64,000 nt of DNA. Origin: Bdellovibrionales bacterium. GTDB lineage: Bacteria; Bdellovibrionota; Bdellovibrionia; Bdellovibrionales; UBA1609. The stretch's first letter is position 1, and every line of letters begins with the position of its first letter. Below are positions 28,066-37,890 of this stretch, piece by piece. The stretch lies in contig CBDHDF010000010.1 of NCBI GenBank assembly GCA_965261545.1, positions 704,001 through 768,000 on the forward strand, read 5' to 3'. Made by a program: the position numbers and the translations under genes. Below the pieces are notes generated by a model. The model searched no databases, was not told where the DNA came from, and saw only the letters and a program-made list of their open reading frames with translations.

Positions 28066-30294
28066 CTAAAGACCCATTGTAAAGCCCAATGTTATAAATT
28101 CACCTGAGAAGTCAAAGTCTTTGGACATAGAGGTGTAGGAGCGAACCTCCACAGTGAGCCATAGTGATTTGATTCCATAGTCTTGTTCCCACTCTTGAAG
28201 GACATCGGGACCGAGGAAATGAAATGAAAATGCACTACCTAGGGTGAAATGTCCCGCAAAAGCTCCTCCCCATTTCGTTTCTTGACCATCCTCTCGGAAT
28301 TCAACAAAAGGAAGGACCGTCGTGCCTCCATCCACATAGGGAACCCACATTTGATTTTTCCAGTACTGTATTTTGTAGGCCAAGCTAAAGCTTAAGGGGA
28401 GGGCCATAAATAGAAAAGACTCCCTAGGCTTTAGGTTTTTGGAATTTTCAAAGGCTCCATGCCCTCGTGAGGCCATAAAGCCAAATCCTGCTTTTAAGGA
28501 AAAAGGCCCCGTATAAGAGGGTTTCCAATCGTAATCGAGGAGAATAACAGGAACTTGTTTTTGATAAATTTCCGAAAAGAAAGTGTTTGTTTTTATATTT
28601 TTTAAATTCTCTGGAGAGAATATACCCAAGCGAATAGAGCCTAGGGGTGGAGGCTCTACAGAACTCAAAAAGGAGGCAGAACCTAGGGGAGATTTTTCTT
28701 CAGAAAAAGATTCTTCTTCAGAAAGAGCCCATTCTCCAAGAAAAAACGAACCGATAAAGATAAAGATAAAGCAAAAACGAATCATTGAGTGGCTAAAGAA
28801 TATAATGGCACAAGTGCCAAAAAGAAAAATGAGGGTTGTGGTGACCAATCCTACTTTAAGGGAGACCTTTGCAAACACCCATAGGGGCCAGAGCACCCAT
28901 CTCGTCCACTGGCGAAGGGTGGGGTAGGTCGCCAGTTTTTGAGCCACAAAAGGACTGTATTTGTAGTAAAGGCCGGTAAGGTATTGACCTGCGGAGTGAG
29001 AAAGAAGAAAGCGATTTCTAAATTGTCGGAAAGTTTTGACCTTGGGAGCGAACTGAGAGCCATAAGCTGCTGTGGCAATAAAACAATTGAAATCCTTTGA
29101 AAGAAGTCCTGAAACATTTTCTGGAATGACGGCATAGGGGCAGTCTTGAGCATCAAAATGCTCGCCTTCAGGATCACAAACCTTAAGGCCATTAACCTCG
29201 ATATTTTTAATATAATCTTCATTACTAAAATACGCAATATTATTGGTCTCATCCACAACGGCCAAGCGAAAATAGTAGGTAACACCGTTTTTTAAACCCA
29301 TAATGGCTTCACTCTTGAGTTTAAATTTCTTGGTGCTACTCCCGCTTTCGTCTCCATTGTTGGCATCACTTTCGTCATTGCCATTTTGACCTTGGTCGCC
29401 CCCACTACTATCGCTATCGTTGTTATTTCCACCGCTGTTGCTGTTATCTCCATTATTATTGTTTTCACTATCATTGGATACAAGCAAATCTAGATCTACG
29501 TAAAAGCTGTCCCCTTGTCCCGGAAGGGCTGATGTGAAGTTCGTTTCAGAGATATAAACCCTCAGCCGGTCAAATTGAATCAATCCAGATGTACTGAACC
29601 TAGGGTGACCAAATTTCAGCTGTGTGATAAATACCTTTTCATCTCCAGGAAAAGCCACAAAGTAACAGGCTCCATTGGTGGTGTTTTCACTGTAGCAATC
29701 CCCCACCGTATTAATGTTGATTTGGTCTTCAGGTTGATTGACAAAGACTCGAAGAGTCCCCACATCATCTTCGTTATCTCCCAAATCTCCATCTCCATTG
29801 CCATCAACCCCCACAGTGAGCGTGGTATTGATATTTTTATAGCAACCACTTATACCGGTGGCACGGCAGATATCTCCCCATGTTGTGGTGACCTTGGCAT
29901 GGGTGCCCATAGGTGTGGTATCACTGGTTTCAAAAAGAACTTTATGGCTGCTACTTTCTAAAATTATTATCACCCCAGAGGTGGAGTCCGAGGAGACATC
30001 TATTTTAAGCTCGGTATCATCGTAAATGCGCATTTCATTGCACGCGAGGGCTAAGTCGCTCACACAGTTATTACATGTGTCCGCATCCTGGCATAAAGTA
30101 TCTGACCCAGCAATGCCACCAAATATTTTTATTTCGTTGCCTGACCCCTCCAAAGGCATATTGAGATTGGAATAACCAGAGATATTATTGACAGAGATCG
30201 CCCCTTGGGAGAGTCCGCATAAGGAGAGCATGAACCAAAAAACACATGGGATGTATATGAGTTTTTGATCTTTTATGATTTTGAGCAACTGCAT
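28066..30294 (-). CDS. Surface protein with CFI-box-CTERM motif and a C-terminal outer-membrane beta-barrel-like domain
   Basis: Signal peptide, Cys-rich N-domain, FN3-like GLKNGVTYYFRLAVVD, CFIATAAYGS...FRNRFL...YYKYSP, TM, then alternating beta-strand pattern. Confidence 0.7.
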   Translation of the reverse strand: MQLLKIIKDQKLIYIPCVFWFMLSLCGLSQGAISVNNISGYSNLNMPLEGSGNEIKIFGGIAGSDTLCQDADTCNNCVSDLALACNEMRIYDDTELKIDVSSDSTSGVIIILESSSHKVLFETSDTTPMGTHAKVTTTWGDICRATGISGCYKNINTTLTVGVDGNGDGDLGDNEDDVGTLRVFVNQPEDQININTVGDCYSENTTNGACYFVAFPGDEKVFITQLKFGHPRFSTSGLIQFDRLRVYISETNFTSALPGQGDSFYVDLDLLVSNDSENNNNGDNSNSGGNNNDSDSSGGDQGQNGNDESDANNGDESGSSTKKFKLKSEAIMGLKNGVTYYFRLAVVDETNNIAYFSNEDYIKNIEVNGLKVCDPEGEHFDAQDCPYAVIPENVSGLLSKDFNCFIATAAYGSQFAPKVKTFRQFRNRFLLSHSAGQYLTGLYYKYSPFVAQKLATYPTLRQWTRWVLWPLWVFAKVSLKVGLVTTTLIFLFGTCAIIFFSHSMIRFCFIFIFIGSFFLGEWALSEEESFSEEKSPLGSASFLSSVEPPPLGSIRLGIFSPENLKNIKTNTFFSEIYQKQVPVILLDYDWKPSYTGPFSLKAGFGFMASRGHGAFENSKNLKPRESFLFMALPLSFSLAYKIQYWKNQMWVPYVDGGTTVLPFVEFREDGQETKWGGAFAGHFTLGSAFSFHFLGPDVLQEWEQDYGIKSLWLTVEVRSYTSMSKDFDFSGEFITLGFTMGL

Positions 30295-30327
30295 AAGCTA
30301 TATTTATCTTGGGCCGACTTGAAAGTC

Positions 30328-30385
30328 AAACCTGAGACGAATTGAAGAGCAAACCTGAGGCGGATCGAAGAACAAACCTGAACAA
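30328..30385. repeat. Imperfect 23-bp tandem repeat, about 2.4 copies
   Basis: AAACCTGAGACGAATTGAAGAGC / AAACCTGAGGCGGATCGAAGAAC / AAACCTGAAC. Confidence 0.75.
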
Positions 30386-30415
30386 ACGAAACGTCAAAGT
30401 GAGGGGGGTTGAAAG

Positions 30416-31270
30416 TTAAAGTCTCTTGTGGTCATCCTTACTTATGTTTATATTTATGTTTTTAGATTTTCTTTTTCCGGCCTTGAGAAGACCAAAAAAG
30501 GCTCCAATGAGAGCATAGGTGAGAAAGAGTATAAATAATGTGACTTCAGGGTGTATAGCGATAACAGCGATAATGAAGACCCCTCCTACGAGATACCTAA
30601 AGGGCATTCTTCTTTTAAGCTCCAAGTCCTTAAAATTTTTATAATTGAAACTCGTCACCATGACAAAGCCAAGAAGAAAAGTCATGCCAAGAAGAAAAAA
30701 GGACCCGTAAGGGGAGAATTGTAAATCTGTAAAAGCGAGGACCGCACTCGCGACAATTCCGCCCGCCATGGGAGATGGAAGCCCTTGGAAGTAGGGAGAG
30801 TTTGTCACTTCTTGGTGAACATTGAAGCGTGCGAGTCGTAAGGCCCCACATGCCACATAGAAAAAACTAGCCAACCAACCAATGCGTCCAAGGGGCTGGA
30901 GAGACCAAAGAAATAAGAGCAAACTGGGAGCCACACAAAAGCTTAGGAGGTCACTGAGGGAGTCGTATTGAGCGCCGAATCGGCTCGTTGTGTTTGTCAT
31001 TCGAGCCACGCGTCCGTCGAGGAGGTCAAAGGCGGCGGCTGCCACAATGGCATAGGCCGCTAGGGTAAACCTTCCCTCAATGGCCTGAATGATTCCATAA
31101 AAGCCAAAGAACATATTTAAAGTCGTCAGCAGATTGGGGAGAATGTAAATATTGACATTGAAATGACGGAGTTTTTTAGCTCTTTTCTCGATCACCCTGA
31201 GAGGTCTCTGGCCTCTATTGGTTTGATTCATCTTGTGCAGCCACCTAGAACCACCTTGGTTTGTTGCCAC
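30416..31270 (-). CDS. pssA: CDP-diacylglycerol--serine O-phosphatidyltransferase
   Basis: LPNLLT, DLLDGRVAR...FGAQYDSLSDLLSF, ALRLARFN, FQGLPSP. Confidence 0.92.
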   Translation of the reverse strand: MATNQGGSRWLHKMNQTNRGQRPLRVIEKRAKKLRHFNVNIYILPNLLTTLNMFFGFYGIIQAIEGRFTLAAYAIVAAAAFDLLDGRVARMTNTTSRFGAQYDSLSDLLSFCVAPSLLLFLWSLQPLGRIGWLASFFYVACGALRLARFNVHQEVTNSPYFQGLPSPMAGGIVASAVLAFTDLQFSPYGSFFLLGMTFLLGFVMVTSFNYKNFKDLELKRRMPFRYLVGGVFIIAVIAIHPEVTLFILFLTYALIGAFFGLLKAGKRKSKNININISKDDHKRL

Positions 31271-31428
31271 CCATCATGGGGGCGAAAGTTTCCCAACAGC
31301 GACCACGGGAAGGTAAAACCGCCCAAAAAATAATCACTTGGAGAAAGCCTGAACGATACAGTGACTTTGTGGGATCTCATAGGTGAGGTCAAGCACCAGT
31401 GCGTTAGTATGTCGGGTGAGGGGTCTTC

Positions 31429-31444
31429 CGGCCTCTTTCTTGCA
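31429..31444 (+). promoter_or_regulatory. Possible sigma54 promoter
   Basis: CGGCCTCTTTCTTGCA: GG-N10-GC with TTGCA. Confidence 0.3.
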
Positions 31445-31457
31445 ACGCATATAAAGT

Positions 31458-32396
31458 ATGTACCATAGAACTTTCCATAAAACTTTCCATAGAGCTTTCA
31501 ATAAGAATACCTATAAAGTTTCCCATCAAGCCCCATGTTTTTCATGGATATGGCACGGAGTGGTTTTGAGCTTACTTAGCATGAGTTCTCCGCTATACGG
31601 GGGGAACGCTAATTATGTAGACTTTACCTATGGACAACATGATGGATACCTTTTGAATGTTGGCAAAGAAAAGCATAGGAAGGATAGGGATATCTTTTTT
31701 GTCACAACGCCACAGATTTATGAAAAAGGCTCACAAGAAGATATCATTTTTAATACAAAGCTTAAAAAAGACATTACAGATGAATATGAAAGAAAGTTTG
31801 GTTACCCAGATATAGAGCGGAACTGGAAGGCACCCTCCTCACTGGAAGCCTTGGACAATGAAAAATCTCGCAGTGAAAAAAAACAAACACTTTATCGCAA
31901 AGAAAGATTTGGAAAGTACATGGGGAGAAAAATACTAGAATATCATTTCGATGACTACTTTAAATCACGCTCCTCAACAAAAGTTATTTATGAGGTCAAA
32001 AACAGAATATCTAATTCAAATATTAGTATAAGAAATGGTTATAAAGTTAAGTTCGGTTACTCCTACGCAAACAATTATCTAAAAATGAGATTGAAAAATC
32101 CCTATAATATTAAAAACAAATTGATGCTTCAAATGGACGGATCTTTCATATCTTCGATTCAAGATGTTATTCTGTATTTAGGATATGATTTTACTAAAAA
32201 AATAATCCTAGATGTAGATTATAGTTCTCATTGGGAGCTTGTGAGACTTAAAGGACACTACAAAATTTCTTCCAAGCTGAAGACATCTCTTTCTCTCGTG
32301 TCTGGTTTTTCTGAAATTTATGATGAAATCTCCAAAGAAAAGAGTCGAGGTCCATTCGAAAATAAAGTCTTATTTGGTATCTCTTGGCAACGTTAA
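31458..32396 (+). CDS. Hypothetical protein, probably exported, with beta-strand-rich C-terminus
   Basis: 312-aa ORF with a hydrophobic N-terminal segment; no recognised motif. Confidence 0.65.
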   Translation: MYHRTFHKTFHRAFNKNTYKVSHQAPCFSWIWHGVVLSLLSMSSPLYGGNANYVDFTYGQHDGYLLNVGKEKHRKDRDIFFVTTPQIYEKGSQEDIIFNTKLKKDITDEYERKFGYPDIERNWKAPSSLEALDNEKSRSEKKQTLYRKERFGKYMGRKILEYHFDDYFKSRSSTKVIYEVKNRISNSNISIRNGYKVKFGYSYANNYLKMRLKNPYNIKNKLMLQMDGSFISSIQDVILYLGYDFTKKIILDVDYSSHWELVRLKGHYKISSKLKTSLSLVSGFSEIYDEISKEKSRGPFENKVLFGISWQR

Positions 32397-32427
32397 TGCA
32401 AGCTCACTCACACTCTTCACACTCACT

Positions 32428-33474
32428 TCACAGTGAATTGAGACACCACTGAGCGACACCTTTCAGCCTTTTGTGTTGTGCGTAGTTGGATACATCTTCC
32501 TTAAGGGTTTGGATTTTTAAATTGGCAATAAGAACAATGGCATTTCTTTTAAGTCCTAGACCCTTAGCCCGACTCAAAGGACTGTTTTGAAGTGTTCTTT
32601 CAAGGGACTTATTCGAACTTGAAAGAATCCATCGTAGATCTTCAATCAATGAATTCGTGACTTTTTTCTTTAAAATTTGCTCTTCTTTAATAACTCTACC
32701 AAAAACTTTTTCATTCCATGGACACACGGCCTGACAAATATCACATCCAAAAAACCAGTCATTCATTTTCCCATGAAGGGGGTGGGGGGCGAGGCTCCTT
32801 GATTCAATGTTGAGATAGGAAATGCATTTTCTTGCATCCAACTCTCTATGGTGAGAATGGGATAGGGCTTGGGTCGGACAGGCATCTATACAGCGAGTAC
32901 AGTTACCGCAACGATCGGGATGGAGGGGGGCAAAGGCATTGATTTTGAGACTGGTGTAGATTTCGCCGATGAAGAAAAGGCTTCCCTTTTGGCTGTGAAT
33001 GAGGCAGGTGTTTTTGCCAAACCAACCAAGGCCAGCTCGATAGGCCAAGTCCCTTTCAAGAACAGGTGCAGAATCTGTAAAGCTGAGAAACTCCTCCTGG
33101 GGAAATTCGAGCTTGAGGGACTGACTGAGTTGATGAAGTTGGTTCTTAAAAAAGTGGTGGTAGTCTTGGCCTTTGGCATAGAGGGCTGTTCGCAGGGACA
33201 AGGCTTTTTTATCTGAAGAGGGAAAGGGGGCCGGGTGAGGGAGGTAGTTTTTAGTCACAACAAGAGCCGACTGGGCCCGGGGGAGAAGGCGCTGGGGCTT
33301 TTCTTTCATATCCGCATGATCCACAAGGTAGTTCATGCTTCCGTGATGACCCTTTTGAAGCCATTGTTTGTAAATATGAAAACTCATGGGCCTTTCAAGA
33401 GCTGCAAAGCCATAGTGAGCCTTGGGGCCCATGTGGTTTTTCACTTGCTTGTGAATACTGTCTTCAAGGGACAT
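32428..33474 (-). CDS. queG: Epoxyqueuosine reductase
   Basis: YAKGQDYH, DSAPVLER, AGLGWFGKN, CGNCTRCIDACPT, FGCDICQAVCPWN. Confidence 0.93.
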   Translation of the reverse strand: MSLEDSIHKQVKNHMGPKAHYGFAALERPMSFHIYKQWLQKGHHGSMNYLVDHADMKEKPQRLLPRAQSALVVTKNYLPHPAPFPSSDKKALSLRTALYAKGQDYHHFFKNQLHQLSQSLKLEFPQEEFLSFTDSAPVLERDLAYRAGLGWFGKNTCLIHSQKGSLFFIGEIYTSLKINAFAPLHPDRCGNCTRCIDACPTQALSHSHHRELDARKCISYLNIESRSLAPHPLHGKMNDWFFGCDICQAVCPWNEKVFGRVIKEEQILKKKVTNSLIEDLRWILSSSNKSLERTLQNSPLSRAKGLGLKRNAIVLIANLKIQTLKEDVSNYAQHKRLKGVAQWCLNSL

Positions 33475-33565
33475 GAGTCCACCTCGCACGATAAAAAGTC
33501 CTAAGAGCTTGATAGAGTTTTTCAAACCTCGTCTTGATAGGAAGATAACAACACCCTACCATTAA

Positions 33566-33598
33566 CATAAGTTAAGAAAAGTATTCTCTTAACTTATG
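33566..33598. promoter_or_regulatory. 12-bp inverted repeat in a divergent promoter region (possible operator)
   Basis: CATAAGTTAAGA-N9-TCTTAACTTATG. Confidence 0.4.
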
Positions 33599-33669
33599 GA
33601 GAAATTTATATAGGAAATCTTAAAATTCATAACTTATAACTTATGATTCACAGATGAAAAGGGGGCAAT

Positions 33670-34146
33670 ATGTTAAGATGGATTCAATCCGTAAAATATA
33701 CGAACATCTTCGTAAAATCAATGGTACTTATAATCCTATTGGGATCACCATTGCTATGGGTGGGGCAAAATCAAGCACGAGCTTGGTCCGAGGGAATGAT
33801 TGAACTCAATCTACACGGTTTTGGTTATTATATTGCCTCAAAGTGTTATTCAAACAGTGGTAGAAGCGTGGGCCGGTGGAGCAGAACCGGTTGGAAAGGA
33901 TCGAGAACCTGTGACACCTATGGCAACAGAACAGCTGCCTACATGAGGGTCCAACGTCAAAATATATGGATGCGAGATTATGGACGCCCGTGGCGAGTGT
34001 ATCGAGAGTATCATCAATGTGCACCTGCTCAAAAGCTGTGTATTAATATTCTCGCGACAGGTGTTGGCAGCGCTTACTATAGAGCCTATTGTGGGAGCCT
34101 AAATGTGGGTTGTGATCCTAACAAGGGACATACGTCCGTTAGATAA
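33670..34146 (+). CDS. Small secreted Cys-containing basic hypothetical protein (paralog of 24108-24473)
   Basis: Signal peptide ending ARA, 6 Cys, KCY..G...RW...C...AYMRV. Confidence 0.7.
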   Translation: MLRWIQSVKYTNIFVKSMVLIILLGSPLLWVGQNQARAWSEGMIELNLHGFGYYIASKCYSNSGRSVGRWSRTGWKGSRTCDTYGNRTAAYMRVQRQNIWMRDYGRPWRVYREYHQCAPAQKLCINILATGVGSAYYRAYCGSLNVGCDPNKGHTSVR

Positions 34147-34191
34147 GTGCGGGGAAAAACACTCGAAAAACCAGAGGAATCTTGTTGTAAA

Positions 34192-35745
34192 ATGATCTGG
34201 AAATTTGAAAACCTTTGGAGTGGGCATGAATGGTTGTCACCAGCTTTTATTGAAGTAAATAACAGAGGCTTGATACAAAGCAAGCCTTTGGCTGGACAGC
34301 ATCAACTTTCTCAAACCCACTCTCAAACTCACCCTCCAGTTCCAATAGATGAGATCGATGAGGAGGTCAGAGGGTGGGCCGTTCCCGGCTTTCAAAACGC
34401 CCACTCCCATGCTTTCCAGTTTGCCATGGCTGGCCTCACGGAGTTTCTTGGGAAAGCCTTGTCCGACGATTTTTGGAGTTGGCGCCAAAAGATGTATCAA
34501 TTGGCTTTAAAGCTCACTCCAAGGCAAATGGAATCCATCGCCACGAGGCTTTACTCCATCATGTTGACCCAGGGCTATACCTGGGTCGCTGAGTTTCACT
34601 ACCTCCACCACGACCCCCAAGGGAGAGCCTATGGGGATATTTCGGAGATGGGCCAGGCCCTTCTTCGTGCCGCTGAAAAAACAGGGATCGGTATCACATT
34701 GATCCCCATTTTTTACAATCAAGGTGGTTTTGGAAAGGCTCCTGAAGAAGAACAAAAAAGGTTTATTTCTCCCAGCATTGATGACTATTTAAAGCTTCAT
34801 TCGTCCACCCTTAGACACTGTGCTGGGCCGCGTCAAAAGTGTGCCCTCGGCATTCACTCCCTGAGAGCCATCAAACCAGAGCATGTAAAACCTCTCATCA
34901 AGGAAGCTCCCCAGAATCAACCTTGGCATATTCATATTGCCGAACAAAAAAAAGAAGTTTCAGAATGCCTGGAAATGTTGGGCAAAACACCTGTGCAGTG
35001 GCTCATGGACCATGTGAATGTTGATTCCAACTGGCACCTTGTTCATGGAACCCATGTCAGTGAGCTTGAAATTATATCTCTGCAAGAGAGGCAGGCCCAT
35101 ATCGTGCTTTGCCCCTCCACAGAGGGCAATCTCGGCGACGGTGTGTTTCCACTGAAAGCCTATTGGCATGGAGGGGGGCGTTGGAGTATTGGTTCCGACA
35201 GCCATATTGGCTTGAATCCTTTGGAGGAGTTAAGATGGTTGGATTATGTGCAACGCTTGAACCACCGCCAGAGAAATGTTCTTTGTCGTCACCCCCATGA
35301 AAATAGTGGAGAGCTTCTTTTTAGCGAGGCCCTCATCTCTGGGAAAAGGGCCATGGGACTGGGATGGGGGTTGGGATGTCCGGTGGGGGGAAATGTTCCC
35401 TCTCTTCAAACAGATGGAGTGTCTTTCAGCCCTAGGGAGCCTCTTGCCCCAAAGGAGTCTCTCAAATGTGGGGAGCCTTTTGGTCCAGAGAAGTCTCTCA
35501 AATGTGGGGAACCTCTTGGCCTTGGGGAATCTCTCGACCTTGTGGTTATAAAGCCTGAAGCCACTTTGTGGAAGAGTGGCTCAACTCAAAGCCTTTTGTC
35601 CACACTCATTTATGCAACTTCTCCCGGTGATTTTTCAGGGGTCATCGCTGGTGGGAAGTGGGTGGTTCAAGGGGGGCAGCACATAAAAGAGGGTGAATTT
35701 TCTAAAGACTGGCCCCATAAGGATGCTGTGGCTTTATATACTTAA
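34192..35745 (+). CDS. hutF: Formimidoylglutamate deiminase
   Basis: PGFQNAHSHAFQ, FWSWRQKMY, AEFHYLHH, HSLRA, HIHIAEQ, CPSTEGNLGDG, IGSDSH. Confidence 0.92.
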   Translation: MIWKFENLWSGHEWLSPAFIEVNNRGLIQSKPLAGQHQLSQTHSQTHPPVPIDEIDEEVRGWAVPGFQNAHSHAFQFAMAGLTEFLGKALSDDFWSWRQKMYQLALKLTPRQMESIATRLYSIMLTQGYTWVAEFHYLHHDPQGRAYGDISEMGQALLRAAEKTGIGITLIPIFYNQGGFGKAPEEEQKRFISPSIDDYLKLHSSTLRHCAGPRQKCALGIHSLRAIKPEHVKPLIKEAPQNQPWHIHIAEQKKEVSECLEMLGKTPVQWLMDHVNVDSNWHLVHGTHVSELEIISLQERQAHIVLCPSTEGNLGDGVFPLKAYWHGGGRWSIGSDSHIGLNPLEELRWLDYVQRLNHRQRNVLCRHPHENSGELLFSEALISGKRAMGLGWGLGCPVGGNVPSLQTDGVSFSPREPLAPKESLKCGEPFGPEKSLKCGEPLGLGESLDLVVIKPEATLWKSGSTQSLLSTLIYATSPGDFSGVIAGGKWVVQGGQHIKEGEFSKDWPHKDAVALYT

Positions 35746-35767
35746 ATCCTAGGCAAAGAAACTGGGG

Positions 35768-37666
35768 TTAAGTAGGTAGAGAAATTTTTAATTTTGTTCC
35801 CACAGTGAGTTTGCTACTTATTTTGACTTCTCCGTTGTGGAGTTGAACGAAATATTTAACGAGATACAAGCCAAGTCCTGTTCCTTTTGTTTTGTACGCT
35901 TGAGAGGGAGACCTATAGAATTTGTTGAAAACCTTTTTTGCATCTTCTCGACTCATCCCTGGACCATTATCTGCAATCGTTATATCGACATACTTTCTTC
36001 TTTCTTTAGTAGAAATCGTAATTGCACATCCATTGTTTGAATATTTGATTGCATTCTCAACGACGTTGAGAATGACTTCGTGGATCATCATCGCATCAAC
36101 TTCCAAGAGAAATATGGGATCAAATATTTTTCGGATGGTGATGTTTTTTTTGTCGGCAAAAAGTTCCAATGTTTTCACAACACTTTCAATCATTTCGTTG
36201 ATATCTATAGAATCCTTATACATTTGAAAATCTTGAGACTCAGTTTGACTGTACTGTAAAATAGATTGAATGTAACGCTGAAGTTCCGCACTTTCTCGAT
36301 GTATACTCTGAAAATCTTTTTTGTATTGAGACTTATCAGTAAGCCGATAATCTGTGAGTGTGACTTTCTCACAAATAATTTGAATTTTGGCAATGGGTGC
36401 CTTTAAGTCATGGCTGATGAGAGTCATAAAGTTATTTTTGAGCTTGTTGTTTTCATCATGCATCTTTTTTTCTTGTATCAATTGCCAATTGGATTTTTCT
36501 TTCATATGGATGAGGTAACTTAAAAAAAGCACATAGGTAGCTAAAATTTGTATGAGGGGGGCCGTGACAGGTATCCAGAAATAGAAATTATCAAAAATCC
36601 AAATAGAAAAAGAAGTGGTAAATGTCCCAAGAAAGAGCAAGAAGGCAATACTTACGATTTGAGGACTGCCTAAGACAATCCACATGGCTCCTATAAGGAC
36701 AATGAGCAAGTATAAAACATAAAAGATCTTGGGCAGTTTATGAACCCAGCGCTCATTAAGAATGTTGTCTAAAATATGGGCAAAGATTTCAAGCTGAGTC
36801 ATGGGGCCCATGGGAGTGGTAAAAACTTGGTCGTATTCAGAACTTTTCCCTATAAGAATGTATTTACCTTTGAGAGTGGGGGGCCTGTCAGGGAGATCAC
36901 TGGTAGATTCAACGGATTTCTTAAAATGTCCAGAAGACCCATTGGAAGATTCCTGGGAAGCTCTATGGAAAGATTCACTGATAGCAAGAGCTTTTTTAAG
37001 GCTTATTGTTTGCAGAGTTTCCTTTTTTCCTCGAAAGTTGATGAGGTGCTTTTCACTTTGGAAGGGTCTATGGCTCTGAGCGACCTTCTCTAAAAAGGTC
37101 CTCCTGTTGCTTGGGAAACTATAATGGCGAAGCACCTTGCGGCTATCTTTTTGAATAAAAGAAGGAGCAAAATTTGTGCTGTTTGAAAATAAGAAAGGGG
37201 GAGGTATTTCCTCCCCCTTGCGCTCGATGGATCGCCAATAAATAGGGGAAGAGCTTTTTATTTTTCTTAGATTTCCTAAATCTTCTAGATCTTCTAGATT
37301 TTCTTTCTCTCTCTCACCGCTCTCTTGAAAGTCCTGAAAGGCCAAGGTGATGCCTAGAGAATGAGGCTTTCCCAGAAGAAGTTGATCTAAGATGTGAGTC
37401 CATAATTGAGGCTCCCATTTCAATAGGGAGGCGTCAGGTATTCCCAGCTCTTGTCCCAAATGACTCCATTCGCGGGGAGAAATGGAGATGAGAAGAATAT
37501 CTTTATGAATACTCTGGGTGCTTCGTGCTTGAAAGCGTTCGTCGTAGGGGCCGTTATCTGTGATAAGGAGAGTGGTGAGGCCAATAACAAAGGAAATAAG
37601 TCCTCGGATCCAAATAGATTTGGAGCGCTTAAGTGTATATATAATTTTTAAAATATTTATAGGCAT
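35768..37666 (-). CDS. Sensor histidine kinase with CHASE2-like extracytoplasmic domain
   Basis: LINFRG, LKGKYILIG, FTTPMG...EIFAH, 3 TM; SHDLKAP, NVVENAIKYS, DNGPG, GTGLGL. Confidence 0.88.
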   Translation of the reverse strand: MPINILKIIYTLKRSKSIWIRGLISFVIGLTTLLITDNGPYDERFQARSTQSIHKDILLISISPREWSHLGQELGIPDASLLKWEPQLWTHILDQLLLGKPHSLGITLAFQDFQESGEREKENLEDLEDLGNLRKIKSSSPIYWRSIERKGEEIPPPFLFSNSTNFAPSFIQKDSRKVLRHYSFPSNRRTFLEKVAQSHRPFQSEKHLINFRGKKETLQTISLKKALAISESFHRASQESSNGSSGHFKKSVESTSDLPDRPPTLKGKYILIGKSSEYDQVFTTPMGPMTQLEIFAHILDNILNERWVHKLPKIFYVLYLLIVLIGAMWIVLGSPQIVSIAFLLFLGTFTTSFSIWIFDNFYFWIPVTAPLIQILATYVLFLSYLIHMKEKSNWQLIQEKKMHDENNKLKNNFMTLISHDLKAPIAKIQIICEKVTLTDYRLTDKSQYKKDFQSIHRESAELQRYIQSILQYSQTESQDFQMYKDSIDINEMIESVVKTLELFADKKNITIRKIFDPIFLLEVDAMMIHEVILNVVENAIKYSNNGCAITISTKERRKYVDITIADNGPGMSREDAKKVFNKFYRSPSQAYKTKGTGLGLYLVKYFVQLHNGEVKISSKLTVGTKLKISLPT

Positions 37667-37890
37667 ATAAACTGACTGCCCCTATGCTTATAGTACATAA
37701 TGCTTATAGTACATATTGACACCTTAAAGGAGGAAATATATATATAATAACATATGTAAAATAGATACAATCATTCTTTGCCATAAGTTTCCCAAATTGT
37801 AATTTTTTACTCTCTTAAAATTTTATAGAAAAGCCCGATAGAATGACTATCTCTTTGTTATCTCTAGGTATTCAGGTATATTAGAATCAT

